Shown here piece by piece: positions 24,248 to 32,618 of a stretch of 40,732 nt of DNA. A program made the position numbers and the translations under genes. The notes below the pieces were generated by a model that saw nothing but the letters and a program-made list of their open reading frames with translations, was not told where the DNA came from and did no database searches. The DNA comes from a virus: the IMG/VR virus record IMGVR_UViG_3300028608_000002; one strand, 5' to 3'. Within the stretch, counting starts at the first letter, position 1; the number at the start of each line of letters is the position of its first letter.

Positions 24248-24826
24248 TCACGGGGTGGCAGCGGTCGGGATCGCTACGGCCGTCTCGTTGATCTCGACGT
24301 CGATCCACTCGCCGTTGGAGATGAGCGGCACGCAGCGCGCCTCGTTCTCCGGCGTCTTGTAGTCCTCCTCGGCGAGGCCGAGGCCGGGGAAGCTGGACAT
24401 GACGCACTTCAGGAGGCGGAAGTGGACGTCGCCGCCGACGATGTCACCGCCGCTCGTCGGGGTCTTGGCCTCGATCTTGAAGGGCAGCGGCTTGGCGCCC
24501 TTCTTCATCTGCCACTTCGTCTTCTGGCTCGGCGTGGTGCCGGAGTCGGTGACCTCGCTGCTCATCAGCGCGACGAGGACGTCCAGCGACAGCTTGGCGT
24601 GCGGCCACGACACGGTCACGTTGGAGATGGCCGAGTCCGAGTCGAGGAGCCCGTTGTCGCCGCGCAGCTCCTTCACCTCGATGTCGCCGGAGATCTCCAG
24701 CGCCTTGATGCCGGGCACGTCGATGCCCGCGCCGTACGACGGGGTGCCGCCGTCCGGGTCGGAGAGGAGCGGGAAGATCTTCGCGTCCTCGACTGCGTAC
24801 AGCTTCGTCACTCGGGAGATGGGCAT
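24248..24826 (-). CDS. Major tail protein (192 aa)
   Basis: ATG 24826 has a GGAAGGAA SD. Called from its position upstream of the chaperones and its beta-rich sequence. Confidence 0.7.
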   Translation of the reverse strand: MPISRVTKLYAVEDAKIFPLLSDPDGGTPSYGAGIDVPGIKALEISGDIEVKELRGDNGLLDSDSAISNVTVSWPHAKLSLDVLVALMSSEVTDSGTTPSQKTKWQMKKGAKPLPFKIEAKTPTSGGDIVGGDVHFRLLKCVMSSFPGLGLAEEDYKTPENEARCVPLISNGEWIDVEINETAVAIPTAATP

Positions 24827-24858
24827 CTCGGGTTCCTTCCTGGTGCCGGGGTCCGGCC

Positions 24859-25170
24859 CTACTGGATGTCAGCGGTGTAGGTGCTGGGGTCGGTGATCGG
24901 GGGTGCCTCGGGCTCCACAGTCGGCGGCAGCTCGTACACCTCGTCGCCCTCCAGCTGGGGCAGCGGGCCGGCGTCCTGCGGGACGATCACGCCGTCGACC
25001 ACCCACCACGTGGTGCCGGGCCGGGACCCGGACTGCACCGACACCCCGCCGGACGCCACGTCGGACAGGAACCGCACCCGCTCGACCGTGGACGCGGGGG
25101 CGGGCGGGTACGCCGGGCCCAGGTAGGTGATGACGTCCGCCCGGGGCATCTCGGTGAACATGACGGTCAT
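24859..25170 (-). CDS. Hypothetical protein between the tail terminator and major tail genes (103 aa)
   Basis: ORF track with an ATGA overlap. Confidence 0.6.
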   Translation of the reverse strand: MTVMFTEMPRADVITYLGPAYPPAPASTVERVRFLSDVASGGVSVQSGSRPGTTWWVVDGVIVPQDAGPLPQLEGDEVYELPPTVEPEAPPITDPSTYTADIQ

Positions 25171-25619
25171 GCGGGCACTACCTCCGAACGCAGGAGGGTC
25201 CGGTGCACCTCGACGGTGATCGAGTGCCGGACCTTGTTGTCCTCGATGGGGATGCGGTCAATGTCGACAAGACGGACCGCGGTGACCGGGGCCGGGGACG
25301 CGGGGAGCCGGCAGCCGTGCAGGGCGGCGCCGATGGCCTCGGCGAGCCCGTACCGCTCGGTGACGCGCGTCGTCTTTGGGCCGGTCTTCACGCGGGCCTG
25401 CTGCACCAGGTCGACGACGACGGTCTCCACGATGGGGATCTCGGCGTTCGGGTCGCCGAAGTCGCCGGCCGCGCGCAGGTTGCGGGTGGCGGGCAGTCCC
25501 TCTTGGACGACGATGTAGGGCTCGGCCTGCCCGGTGCGGGGGCCGTCGCGGAAGACGGGCACGCCGAAGGCGAGCGCCTCGAGGTGGGCCTTGATCGCGC
25601 CGGACATGGAGGCGGCCAT
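25167..25619 (-). CDS. Tail terminator / tail completion protein (putative)
   Basis: ORF 25167..26099 trimmed to ATG 25619 (TGATG overlap). Called by position in the head-tail joining block. Confidence 0.55.
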   Translation of the reverse strand: MAASMSGAIKAHLEALAFGVPVFRDGPRTGQAEPYIVVQEGLPATRNLRAAGDFGDPNAEIPIVETVVVDLVQQARVKTGPKTTRVTERYGLAEAIGAALHGCRLPASPAPVTAVRLVDIDRIPIEDNKVRHSITVEVHRTLLRSEVVPA

Positions 25620-26089
25620 CAGCGCCGTCCGATCTGCGAGGCGTGCGCCCGCCAGAAGATGGGGGTCATCTCGATCGCCGGGCGAAGGAACGGCTTCGCG
25701 GCCGTACCGGGGTGGTTGACCTGCGCGACCGGGTGCGCGGCCCCCGGCCAGTACAGGGCGCGCTTGTTCACCGGCTTGATGACGTGCGGGCTGGTGCCGT
25801 ACTCGACGGCCGCCGCGTAGTTCACGTTCGTGCCGACCATGTAGCCGAGCGACCTGCCGGAGCCTTCCGCCCGGGACACGATCGAGGAGCGCAGCCGGCC
25901 GGTGTCCACCGGCGCGCGCCGGCGGGCCTCGTTCTGCACGTCGATCCGTGTGCGGTCCACGGCCCGCTTCACGTCGTCGGACATGCGGCCGAACCAGCGG
26001 CGCAACCCGCGCTCGTACTGGCGGGTGTTGATGGTCGTCGACACCTCCGCCCGCAGCCGCGGCGTGAAGCGCGCCCGGGCCCGCGCCAT
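25619..26089 (-). CDS. HK97 gp10-family head-tail joining protein
   Basis: ORF 25619..26320 trimmed to ATG 26089. The hallmark is RRAPVDTGRLRSSI. Confidence 0.7.
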   Translation of the reverse strand: MARARARFTPRLRAEVSTTINTRQYERGLRRWFGRMSDDVKRAVDRTRIDVQNEARRRAPVDTGRLRSSIVSRAEGSGRSLGYMVGTNVNYAAAVEYGTSPHVIKPVNKRALYWPGAAHPVAQVNHPGTAAKPFLRPAIEMTPIFWRAHASQIGRR

Positions 26090-26772
26090 CACACACCACC
26101 CAGCAGCGAGTGGCCGTGGTTGAGGTAGCCCGTCAGGAGGGCGTCGACCTGCGTCGATCCGGTCGACGACGTGGGCGACGACGGGGCGTCGTCGGGGCCG
26201 TCGTCGTCTTCGATGGCGACGTTGTTGCCCTCGTCGTCCACCTGGAGTCCGGGGTCGGCGGCGGCGTCCGCGTCGGACGGCTGCGCCTGCGCCTGGAGGT
26301 GCGCGGCGAGGAGCGCGCACGCCTGCCCCACCAGCAGCGGCACCGTGTCGTACCCGAAGGAGCCGACCACCTTCACCTGCTCAGCACCCCACCGCTCCCA
26401 CAGGCCGAGCCATCCCCCGTTGTACGACTCGGCCCCCACCACCAGATCGTCGTAGCCGCCCCACGCGAGGTGCACGGCGTCGACCTGCCCGAGCACCCGC
26501 GAGGAGGTGACCCGGTACGAGGAGGCCGGGAGCGACGTGCCGTCGTCCGGCTCCAGCACCGGCATGACGCTGGTGACCGAGCGGACGCGGCGCGGAAGGA
26601 TGACCAGTCCATCCGCGCCGACGTCCGCCACCACCACCAGGTCAGTTGGTTCGAAGACCTGCTGGGTGTACCGCTCGATCGCCTCTTGGGCAGCCGTGAT
26701 CCACGCGGTGACCTCGGCGTCTGTGCCGGTGACACCCGCGTTCTTCGCGGCCTCGATCGAGCAGTACGCCAC
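26089..26772 (-). CDS. Head-tail connector/adaptor (gp6-like) with an acidic C-terminal extension
   Basis: GTG 26772. The N-terminus is YCSIEAAKNAG...VTAWITAAQEAIERYT. Confidence 0.6.
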   Translation of the reverse strand: MAYCSIEAAKNAGVTGTDAEVTAWITAAQEAIERYTQQVFEPTDLVVVADVGADGLVILPRRVRSVTSVMPVLEPDDGTSLPASSYRVTSSRVLGQVDAVHLAWGGYDDLVVGAESYNGGWLGLWERWGAEQVKVVGSFGYDTVPLLVGQACALLAAHLQAQAQPSDADAAADPGLQVDDEGNNVAIEDDDGPDDAPSSPTSSTGSTQVDALLTGYLNHGHSLLGGV

Positions 26773-26775
26773 AGG

Positions 26776-27096
26776 TCAGCCCTGCTCGCCCTCGGCGGAC
26801 TGCTCGGCGGCGTCCAGCTCCCGGCGGACGCCCTCCGTGACGACCTGCCCCTTCGCCACGATCTGACGGGCGTACCCGCCCGGGTGGGAGTGGACGACCG
26901 GCCCGGTCGGCTCGCCGGTGCCGGCGGCGTCCAGCGCCCGGAACGCGTCGCTGGGGGCGGTCTGCCCGACCTGCCAGCCCTCCCCGCCGGCGTACTCCTG
27001 CGTGCGGACGGCGGCCGCGTTCGGCTGCTGCTCGCTGGTGGTGTCGATGGTCTGCGGGGACTGCTCGGGCTCGGGGGTCCTGCTGGTGCGTGCCAT
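26776..27096 (-). CDS. Hypothetical head-associated protein (106 aa)
   Basis: ATG 27096 has a GAGGAG SD. It lies directly downstream of the capsid gene. Confidence 0.6.
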   Translation of the reverse strand: MARTSRTPEPEQSPQTIDTTSEQQPNAAAVRTQEYAGGEGWQVGQTAPSDAFRALDAAGTGEPTGPVVHSHPGGYARQIVAKGQVVTEGVRRELDAAEQSAEGEQG

Positions 27097-27134
27097 GAGG
27101 CTGCTCCTCGAGGAAGGCGTGTGGACGGTGGGTG

Positions 27135-27161
27135 GGGCGCGGCCGGGTGGGGGCCGCGCCC
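27135..27161 (-). terminator. GC hairpin just after the major capsid gene (10-bp stem GGGCGCGGCC/GGCCGCGCCC, 7-nt loop)
   Basis: Perfect inverted repeat 11 nt downstream of the capsid stop. Confidence 0.6.
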
Positions 27162-27171
27162 GAAGGGTGGG

Positions 27172-28485
27172 TCAGGCGGTCGCCGCGGCGAAGGTGACCC
27201 GGACGAAGGCGCGCGGCGTGTGCACGGCGACGTTCGCCCGGCGCTCCGCGAGGATGACCAGCGTGTTCGCGAGGAAGAAGTCCGCGTGCGAGTCGGTCAT
27301 CAGGATCGTGATGCCCTGCCGCTCCCACAGGGTGGCGCCCATCCGGTAGCCGCCCAGCAGCGCCGTCCCCGCGGCCATCGCCACGGAGGTGACGACGGTC
27401 AGGCCCCAGATCCGCATCGGCGCGCCCGAGTCGGTCACCGAGGTGATGACGCGGAACTGCCCGTTCGCGTCGGTGTCCAGCTCGATGTCCTGCCAGTCGA
27501 GCGGGTTCATCACCACCGCGTCCGGCGGGTACAGGGCGAGTTCGCCCTGTGTCTTGGCCTTCCGGAGGGTGATCAGCTTCGGGTCGGTGTTCCCCACGCC
27601 GGGCTGGTAGGCGCCGATGCCCGGGGTCGTGAGAATCCCCTGCATCTCCGTGGTGCCGTTGCCGGTGAGGATCTGCCGGTCGAGCTGGTACTCCAGGCCG
27701 TACGTCAGCCGGCCGTTGATGTAGCCCATCATCTGGCCGTCGTCGTCCGCGGCCTGCCTCGTGATGGGCACCCAGTGCGCGACGGTCTTGAGGGTCGTGG
27801 TGATGGTGTCCCAGGTGAAAGGACCGCTCATCGGCTTCATCGTGCCCTCGGGCACGACCGCCGCCTTGTTCCACGTCCCCGCCCCGGAGACCGGGCCGCT
27901 GGTGTCGCGGACGTACTCCAGCGTGTTGCCGCTGGAGGTCTGCCGGTCCAGCAGGTTCGCGATCAGGAGCGGGAAGTCCGGGTTCTGCGGGATCTGCCCC
28001 GGCTGCCGCTCGGGCCGGGTGGGCACACCGTTCGTGGTGGTGACCGTGCCGGCGGGCGCGTCGCGCTGCTCGAAGTTGACCGCGCCGGACTCGCCGCGCA
28101 GGCCGCGCTCCCGGAAGGTGCGCAGTGCCTCGGAGCGGATGAACGCTTCGGCGGCGGTGACCGGGTGCGGGTTGCCGCGGTCGTCGGGCTGCATGCCCGG
28201 CTCGTCGCGGCGCTGTCCGCCCTGCGGCTGGGGGTCGCCGGGCGGGGTGAGCCCCTGGAGCTGGCGCAGGCGCGCGCTGCGAGAGTTGGCCTGCTCGATC
28301 TGCGCGGCGATCTCGTCGGCGCGCTGGAGCAGTTCGGCGGGGTCGCCGTCGTACTCGGGGTCCTGGAGCTGCGCCACGATCGCGTCGCGCTGCTCGGTGA
28401 GGGTGGGGGCGCCACCCTTGATGGGATAGATCGGCCGTCCGTCGCGGCGGCGACCGATGGGCCGGACGCGGGCGAAGTTGCTCAC
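27172..28485 (-). CDS. Major capsid protein (HK97 fold) with an N-terminal coiled-coil delta-like region
   Basis: ORF 27172..28527 trimmed to GTG 28485 (GAGAGGA SD). It is 437 aa and lies downstream of the prohead protease. Confidence 0.8.
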   Translation of the reverse strand: MSNFARVRPIGRRRDGRPIYPIKGGAPTLTEQRDAIVAQLQDPEYDGDPAELLQRADEIAAQIEQANSRSARLRQLQGLTPPGDPQPQGGQRRDEPGMQPDDRGNPHPVTAAEAFIRSEALRTFRERGLRGESGAVNFEQRDAPAGTVTTTNGVPTRPERQPGQIPQNPDFPLLIANLLDRQTSSGNTLEYVRDTSGPVSGAGTWNKAAVVPEGTMKPMSGPFTWDTITTTLKTVAHWVPITRQAADDDGQMMGYINGRLTYGLEYQLDRQILTGNGTTEMQGILTTPGIGAYQPGVGNTDPKLITLRKAKTQGELALYPPDAVVMNPLDWQDIELDTDANGQFRVITSVTDSGAPMRIWGLTVVTSVAMAAGTALLGGYRMGATLWERQGITILMTDSHADFFLANTLVILAERRANVAVHTPRAFVRVTFAAATA

Positions 28486-28662
28486 CGTGGTGTCCTCTCG
28501 GTCCGTGGACGGCGCGCAGCCGCCCATACGTGATGGGTGTCTGCGGTCCGTCTGTCACGGCCGGTGGATCGCGCCCGGCAGGTGCTCGCGGCTTATACGT
28601 CCGGTGCGAGCGGCCCGGATCAGTTGGCAGGAGGGTAGAACGATCTCGGGTGTGCGTGCGGG

Positions 28663-28679
28663 TGGGGGCTGCAATTCGC
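28663..28679. repeat. 17-mer TGGGGGCTGCAATTCGC, copy 1 (copy 2 at 34439..34455, same orientation)
   Basis: Exact match read from the sequence. Both copies lie in rare non-coding gaps of the late region. Confidence 0.8.
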
Positions 28680-28842
28680 CCCGTCGGCGGGCGTCTACCT
28701 GCGTCGTCGGCCCCGCCGGGGCGCGCCCTTCCGAGCGGGCAGCGAGTTGTACGAGCCGCTGTTCTTCGCCCACCGGCGGGCCCACGGCATCTTGCGCGCG
28801 AACGCGAACCGCCACTGAGCGCGGCTACGGAACCGGCCCACC

Positions 28843-29487
28843 TCAGGCACCTCCCACGCTGGTGAGTCGCAGCAACGCAGCCCGCCGCTGCCGTTCCTGC
28901 ATGTGCTTCGCCGCAGTCGCCGCGCGCTCCTCGTCGAACTGGCGCAGCCGCTCGGCGAGCGTCGGCTCCTCGGCCGCCTCGTACAGGTCGCCGAGCGCGG
29001 ACCGCACGGTCTTCAGCTTCGAGCCGGGCACGGCCGCCATCCGCGCGGTGATCTGCGACACCTCGACGAGGCGGGCGGAGCGGATGTTCTCCAGCGCCTC
29101 CTTCCGCTCGTCGTCGCCCATCTCGGCCAGCTTGGACCACTCCGGCAGGTCGGTGCGCACGAACCCGACGCTGAGCTCGGGAGCCGACCCGGACCGGGCC
29201 ATGATCCGCGCGTCCCGGCCGGCGGCCGTGTCGTCGTACCGCCCCTCGATCCACAGGTGATCGGCGCGCTCCTCAGCCCGGAACGTGCCGACGGGCTGGT
29301 ACGGGGAGTGCATGAACAGCAGGGCATAGTCCCGCTTGTCGACGCCCTTGCGGAACACGCCGGGATGGAAGGTGGTGCCGTAGCTGTCGCGCTTGTTGTA
29401 GCGGCAGGCGTACCCGGCGAACGTGCCGTCCTCGCCCTCGTTGACGCGCCACTCGATGTCCTCGAGGCTGCGGAACTCGATCTCCAT
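28843..29487 (-). CDS. HK97-family prohead protease (S78/U35)
   Basis: 214 aa. The motifs are FAGYACRYNKRDSYGTTF and LLFMHSPYQPVG. Confidence 0.8.
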   Translation of the reverse strand: MEIEFRSLEDIEWRVNEGEDGTFAGYACRYNKRDSYGTTFHPGVFRKGVDKRDYALLFMHSPYQPVGTFRAEERADHLWIEGRYDDTAAGRDARIMARSGSAPELSVGFVRTDLPEWSKLAEMGDDERKEALENIRSARLVEVSQITARMAAVPGSKLKTVRSALGDLYEAAEEPTLAERLRQFDEERAATAAKHMQERQRRAALLRLTSVGGA

Positions 29488-29834
29488 TACTGGCCCTCCT
29501 TGGCCTTGTTCAGCGCGTTCTCGGCGTACACCTCGGCGACGCCGTTCATCACGTCCCGGTGGGAGCTGGACAGCTTGGGGGCATACCGGTACACGGCGCG
29601 GCCCTGCTTGTCGCGGCCGTCGTACTCGTAGACGACCTGCCCGTTGCCGAACGTCATCAGCTTGGGCAACTCGCCATCGAGGCCGACGAGGACGGCGATG
29701 TCGTCCTTGCCGTCGAACGGCCCGCGGCGCACCTCGGCGAACGGGACGCCGGGCGGGCAGTAGGCGCCCTGGTACTGGTCGTGCCCGGCGGGCTGGAGGA
29801 TCGCGCGGACCTCACCGCGCAGCAACGTCGCCAC
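29487..29834 (-). CDS. Hypothetical protein (115 aa)
   Basis: ORF 29487..30161 trimmed to GTG 29834 (GGGAGG SD). Its TAA stop overlaps the protease ATG by 1 nt. Confidence 0.65.
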   Translation of the reverse strand: MATLLRGEVRAILQPAGHDQYQGAYCPPGVPFAEVRRGPFDGKDDIAVLVGLDGELPKLMTFGNGQVVYEYDGRDKQGRAVYRYAPKLSSSHRDVMNGVAEVYAENALNKAKEGQ

Positions 29835-29836
29835 GA

Positions 29837-30091
29837 TCAGTTGCCTCCCTGGAAGCGGCTGCCGCCCGGCTCTTCCTCGCCGATGATCGCGGCGCGCACG
29901 GCGCAGTCCTTCGCCTCCAGCAGCTTCCGCAGCATCGCGCTCGTCTCGGCGCAGCGCGGCAGGGACTGCGCCATCGTCCACGCCAGACGGCCGAACGCCT
30001 CGCTGTGATCGCGGACGTCGTCGGGCAGGTGGCTCGCGTCGAACCACCGCAGGATGGGGTACTGCTCGTTCAGTTCCTCGTTCGTCGCCAT
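29837..30091 (-). CDS. Hypothetical protein (84 aa)
   Basis: ORF 29837..30142 trimmed to ATG 30091 (GGAAAGG SD). Confidence 0.6.
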   Translation of the reverse strand: MATNEELNEQYPILRWFDASHLPDDVRDHSEAFGRLAWTMAQSLPRCAETSAMLRKLLEAKDCAVRAAIIGEEEPGGSRFQGGN

Positions 30092-30093
30092 GG

Positions 30094-30276
30094 TCAGACT
30101 GCCTTTCCGGAGTCGACAAGATCGGCCATGCCCCGCAGCCACGCCACGGTCCGGCCCCCACGGGACGGGTGGTGCGTCTCGGACACGTTGGCGTGCTCGC
30201 GCAGCATCTTCGAGCTCGGAGGCGCAGGCGCCAGGACGTAGCCGAAGCGCAGCAGCAGACGGTTGAGCATCTTCAT
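30094..30276 (-). CDS. Small hypothetical protein (60 aa)
   Basis: ORF 30094..30459 trimmed to ATG 30276 (GAGGAG SD), 3 nt after the portal stop. Confidence 0.5.
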   Translation of the reverse strand: MKMLNRLLLRFGYVLAPAPPSSKMLREHANVSETHHPSRGGRTVAWLRGMADLVDSGKAV

Positions 30277-30278
30277 GG

Positions 30279-32609
30279 TCAGGACTCCTCGAACTCGAAG
30301 GTCAGCGCACACCGGCACTGAATGGACTGCGCGGCCGGGGCGGTCGGATCCGCCGGCCACCGCGACTTGGTGAGCGTGAACCGCTTGTTCATCGCGGCCG
30401 TGTTGCCGTTCTCCTGCCGGTGCGTCTCCCGGGTCCGCTTGTCGGCAGTGGCGAGCCACGTCTTCCGCACCGCACCAGCGTCCAGCGCGGCCAGGAATGA
30501 CGCCTGGTTGTAGCCGCCGACGGTCTCCGTGCGGGCGATCATCGTCGCCCGGAAGTCGGACAGGTTCGTGAACACCCGCTGAAGCCGGGCGCGCAGCTCC
30601 GGGATCGACTCCCCCTCAGCCACGCCCGCCGCCAGCAGCTGCGCCCGCAACACCTGCTCCGTCGTCGCCGTCACCTGCCCCGCCAGTTCGTCGATCCGGT
30701 CCGTGAGGGCCTGCGCTACGTCCGGCTCGTCCAGGTCGAAGCTGCCGCTGATCTCCGTGCCGCCCCGCTTCCACACCCGCTCGACGAACGGCCGCAGCAG
30801 GACGCCCGTACGCCGCCGCCAGTACCCGCCGTCGAAGATCTCCCGCACCCGGATCCGCTGCTCCCACCCGTCCGGACCGGTGGCCACGTCCATGTCGGTA
30901 AGGCGCGCGGCCGGCACCTGCTCCGGGTCTGGCGGGGCGAGGGTGAGGGACTGCTCCCGGGCGAGAGCGGCGGCCTGCGCGCGCACCTCGGTCAGCCAGT
31001 CCTCGGACCGCTGCGGCTTCTTCATCAGCCGGTCGAAGTCGCGGAGGACCCGCTCCCGCTGCTCCCGCGCGAGGCCCTGCACCGCCCGACGCCCGGCCCG
31101 CTCCAGCTCGTCGTACGCCTCGTTGATGGCCGTCAGCGACGGAGACGACGGGGCGTCGTCGGCGCGCGTCAGCTCGGGACGACGGGGCGTCGGACGGGCG
31201 TCGACCTGCGGCGGCGTCCCACCGAGGAGCCGGGCGAGGACGTTCTCCACCGCCCGCTCAACCACGGTCCCGACGTCCGGCGACGACGGGGCCAGACGGG
31301 AGAAGTCGGCGTCCCACGACCGCGCCTCGTCGCTGCCGGCCGCGCCCTGCACCGGAGCGAACTGCGCCCGGTACGGCGTCAGCGTGTGCTCGCCGAGGCC
31401 GTCCGGCAGCGGGTCGTACCCCAGCTCGGCGCGCGCCTCGTCGATCGTCAGGGTGTCGCTGTAGACGCTGGCCCGGGTCCGGTTGGCCACCGAGTCCTGA
31501 GCCTCACGCAGAGCCTCCACCCCGGACAGGTCGAACGAGGCTTCCTCGGCGTCGCTCGGCAGGAGCAGCCGGTCAATGTCGCTGGCGATCATCTCCAGCT
31601 TCGGCTTGATGGTGTCTGACCACAGGGTGGCCTTCGCCGCGGCCCGGTTCTCGTACGTCGTCCCGGCGGCGAGGTAGTCGTGCGGGACACCGAACGCCAT
31701 CATCACCTCGGCCGCGTTCGCCATCCGCGACTCGAGGTACTCCATCTCCTCCGGCGTGAACGTCAGCCGCTCGACGGCGATGCCCTTCCCGCCGCCCTGC
31801 CCGCCGGCGCCCGGCTGCGAGCGGACGAACAACGTCTTCCCCGCGTTCTCCGGGCCCTGCATCGACGACCGGTACGCCGCCTTCGTGGCAGCAAAGTTCT
31901 GCTCGTCCATGTCGCCGACGTAGACCACGTTCGACGGGCGGGCGCCGTTGGCGTAGCTGGAGCGCTGCCACTCCCGGGCGTACGCGTCCATGTCGACCGC
32001 GTGCCGGGCGGCGCGCCACGGGGCGAGGCAGCCCAGCGGGTCGAACGGGTGCGGGTACCTGAGCCAGAGCATCTCTTCCGGCAGGACCGGGACCTGCGTG
32101 CCGTCCATGCGGCGGATCATGAAGCCGAGGATGTTCGTCGTCGTGGGCCGCTCCCGTAGCGGCTTGTCGACAATGACGTCCACCTGGTCGAAGACGAGGT
32201 GTATCTCTGTGACCGGGCCGAGGCCGGTCTCCCCGCGGTCCATCCACACGAACGACTGGCCGGCGAGTTCAGCTTGCTGGAGTGCGAGCGACTTCAGGGC
32301 CCGCGCCGACATGAACGCGTTGGGCCGCTTGTTGAACAGGTGGGCGATCTTGTGGCCTTCGATGACGCTGCCGTCCGGCTGCTGCACCATGAGCGGCACG
32401 CTGGAGCCGTTGTCGGCGATCGCAGCCACGCACCGGTACGCCACCGCCGAGTTGGCGTAGCCGCGGGCCTCGGCGTCCAGCGCCATCGTGAGGGACTGCT
32501 GGCCCCCGATGGACGCGACGGTGATGGGCTGCCGGTCCCGCAGCACGTCCAGGCCGGCCGCGCGCTTGTCCGCGGCCCGGCTCAGCGCTCGGTTCCTGTA
32601 CTGGCTCAA
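30279..32609 (-). CDS. Portal protein fused to a MuF-like (SPP1 gp7) minor capsid domain (776 aa)
   Basis: TTG 32609 has an AGGAGGA SD. The N-terminal ~450 aa are portal-like. The C-terminus carries ARTETVGGYNQA...DKRTRETHRQENG, typical of Phage_Mu_F. Confidence 0.8.
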   Translation of the reverse strand: MSQYRNRALSRAADKRAAGLDVLRDRQPITVASIGGQQSLTMALDAEARGYANSAVAYRCVAAIADNGSSVPLMVQQPDGSVIEGHKIAHLFNKRPNAFMSARALKSLALQQAELAGQSFVWMDRGETGLGPVTEIHLVFDQVDVIVDKPLRERPTTTNILGFMIRRMDGTQVPVLPEEMLWLRYPHPFDPLGCLAPWRAARHAVDMDAYAREWQRSSYANGARPSNVVYVGDMDEQNFAATKAAYRSSMQGPENAGKTLFVRSQPGAGGQGGGKGIAVERLTFTPEEMEYLESRMANAAEVMMAFGVPHDYLAAGTTYENRAAAKATLWSDTIKPKLEMIASDIDRLLLPSDAEEASFDLSGVEALREAQDSVANRTRASVYSDTLTIDEARAELGYDPLPDGLGEHTLTPYRAQFAPVQGAAGSDEARSWDADFSRLAPSSPDVGTVVERAVENVLARLLGGTPPQVDARPTPRRPELTRADDAPSSPSLTAINEAYDELERAGRRAVQGLAREQRERVLRDFDRLMKKPQRSEDWLTEVRAQAAALAREQSLTLAPPDPEQVPAARLTDMDVATGPDGWEQRIRVREIFDGGYWRRRTGVLLRPFVERVWKRGGTEISGSFDLDEPDVAQALTDRIDELAGQVTATTEQVLRAQLLAAGVAEGESIPELRARLQRVFTNLSDFRATMIARTETVGGYNQASFLAALDAGAVRKTWLATADKRTRETHRQENGNTAAMNKRFTLTKSRWPADPTAPAAQSIQCRCALTFEFEES

Positions 32610-32618
32610 GTCGTCCTC

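Noticed and set aside
26110-28533. Very long plus-strand ORF (807 aa) antisense to the capsid and connector genes. Similar cases are 21859..23616 (+), 20260..21642 (+), 6291..7769 (+) and 18023..19177 (+).
   Set aside because: The translations are dominated by Arg/Gly/Ala/Pro/Val/Asp with no recognisable motifs. They lie antisense to genes with clear homology-type signatures. Long open antisense frames are the expected artefact of very high GC3 coding DNA.
28555-28815. 86-aa ORF in the protease-capsid gap as a real scaffold or decoration gene
   Set aside because: It is Arg/Ala/Pro-rich. Its third-position GC, by hand count, is clearly lower than that of neighbouring genes. It has no SD. It is kept only as a possibility inside the gap finding.
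26642-29254. 870-aa minus-strand ORF overlapping the capsid and protease genes out of frame. Similar cases are 1107..1754, 1751..2737, 6520..7080 and 37091..37801.
   Set aside because: The composition is Arg/Pro/Gly/Ala-rich. These are alternative frames of well-supported genes, with no SD and no coupling to neighbours.
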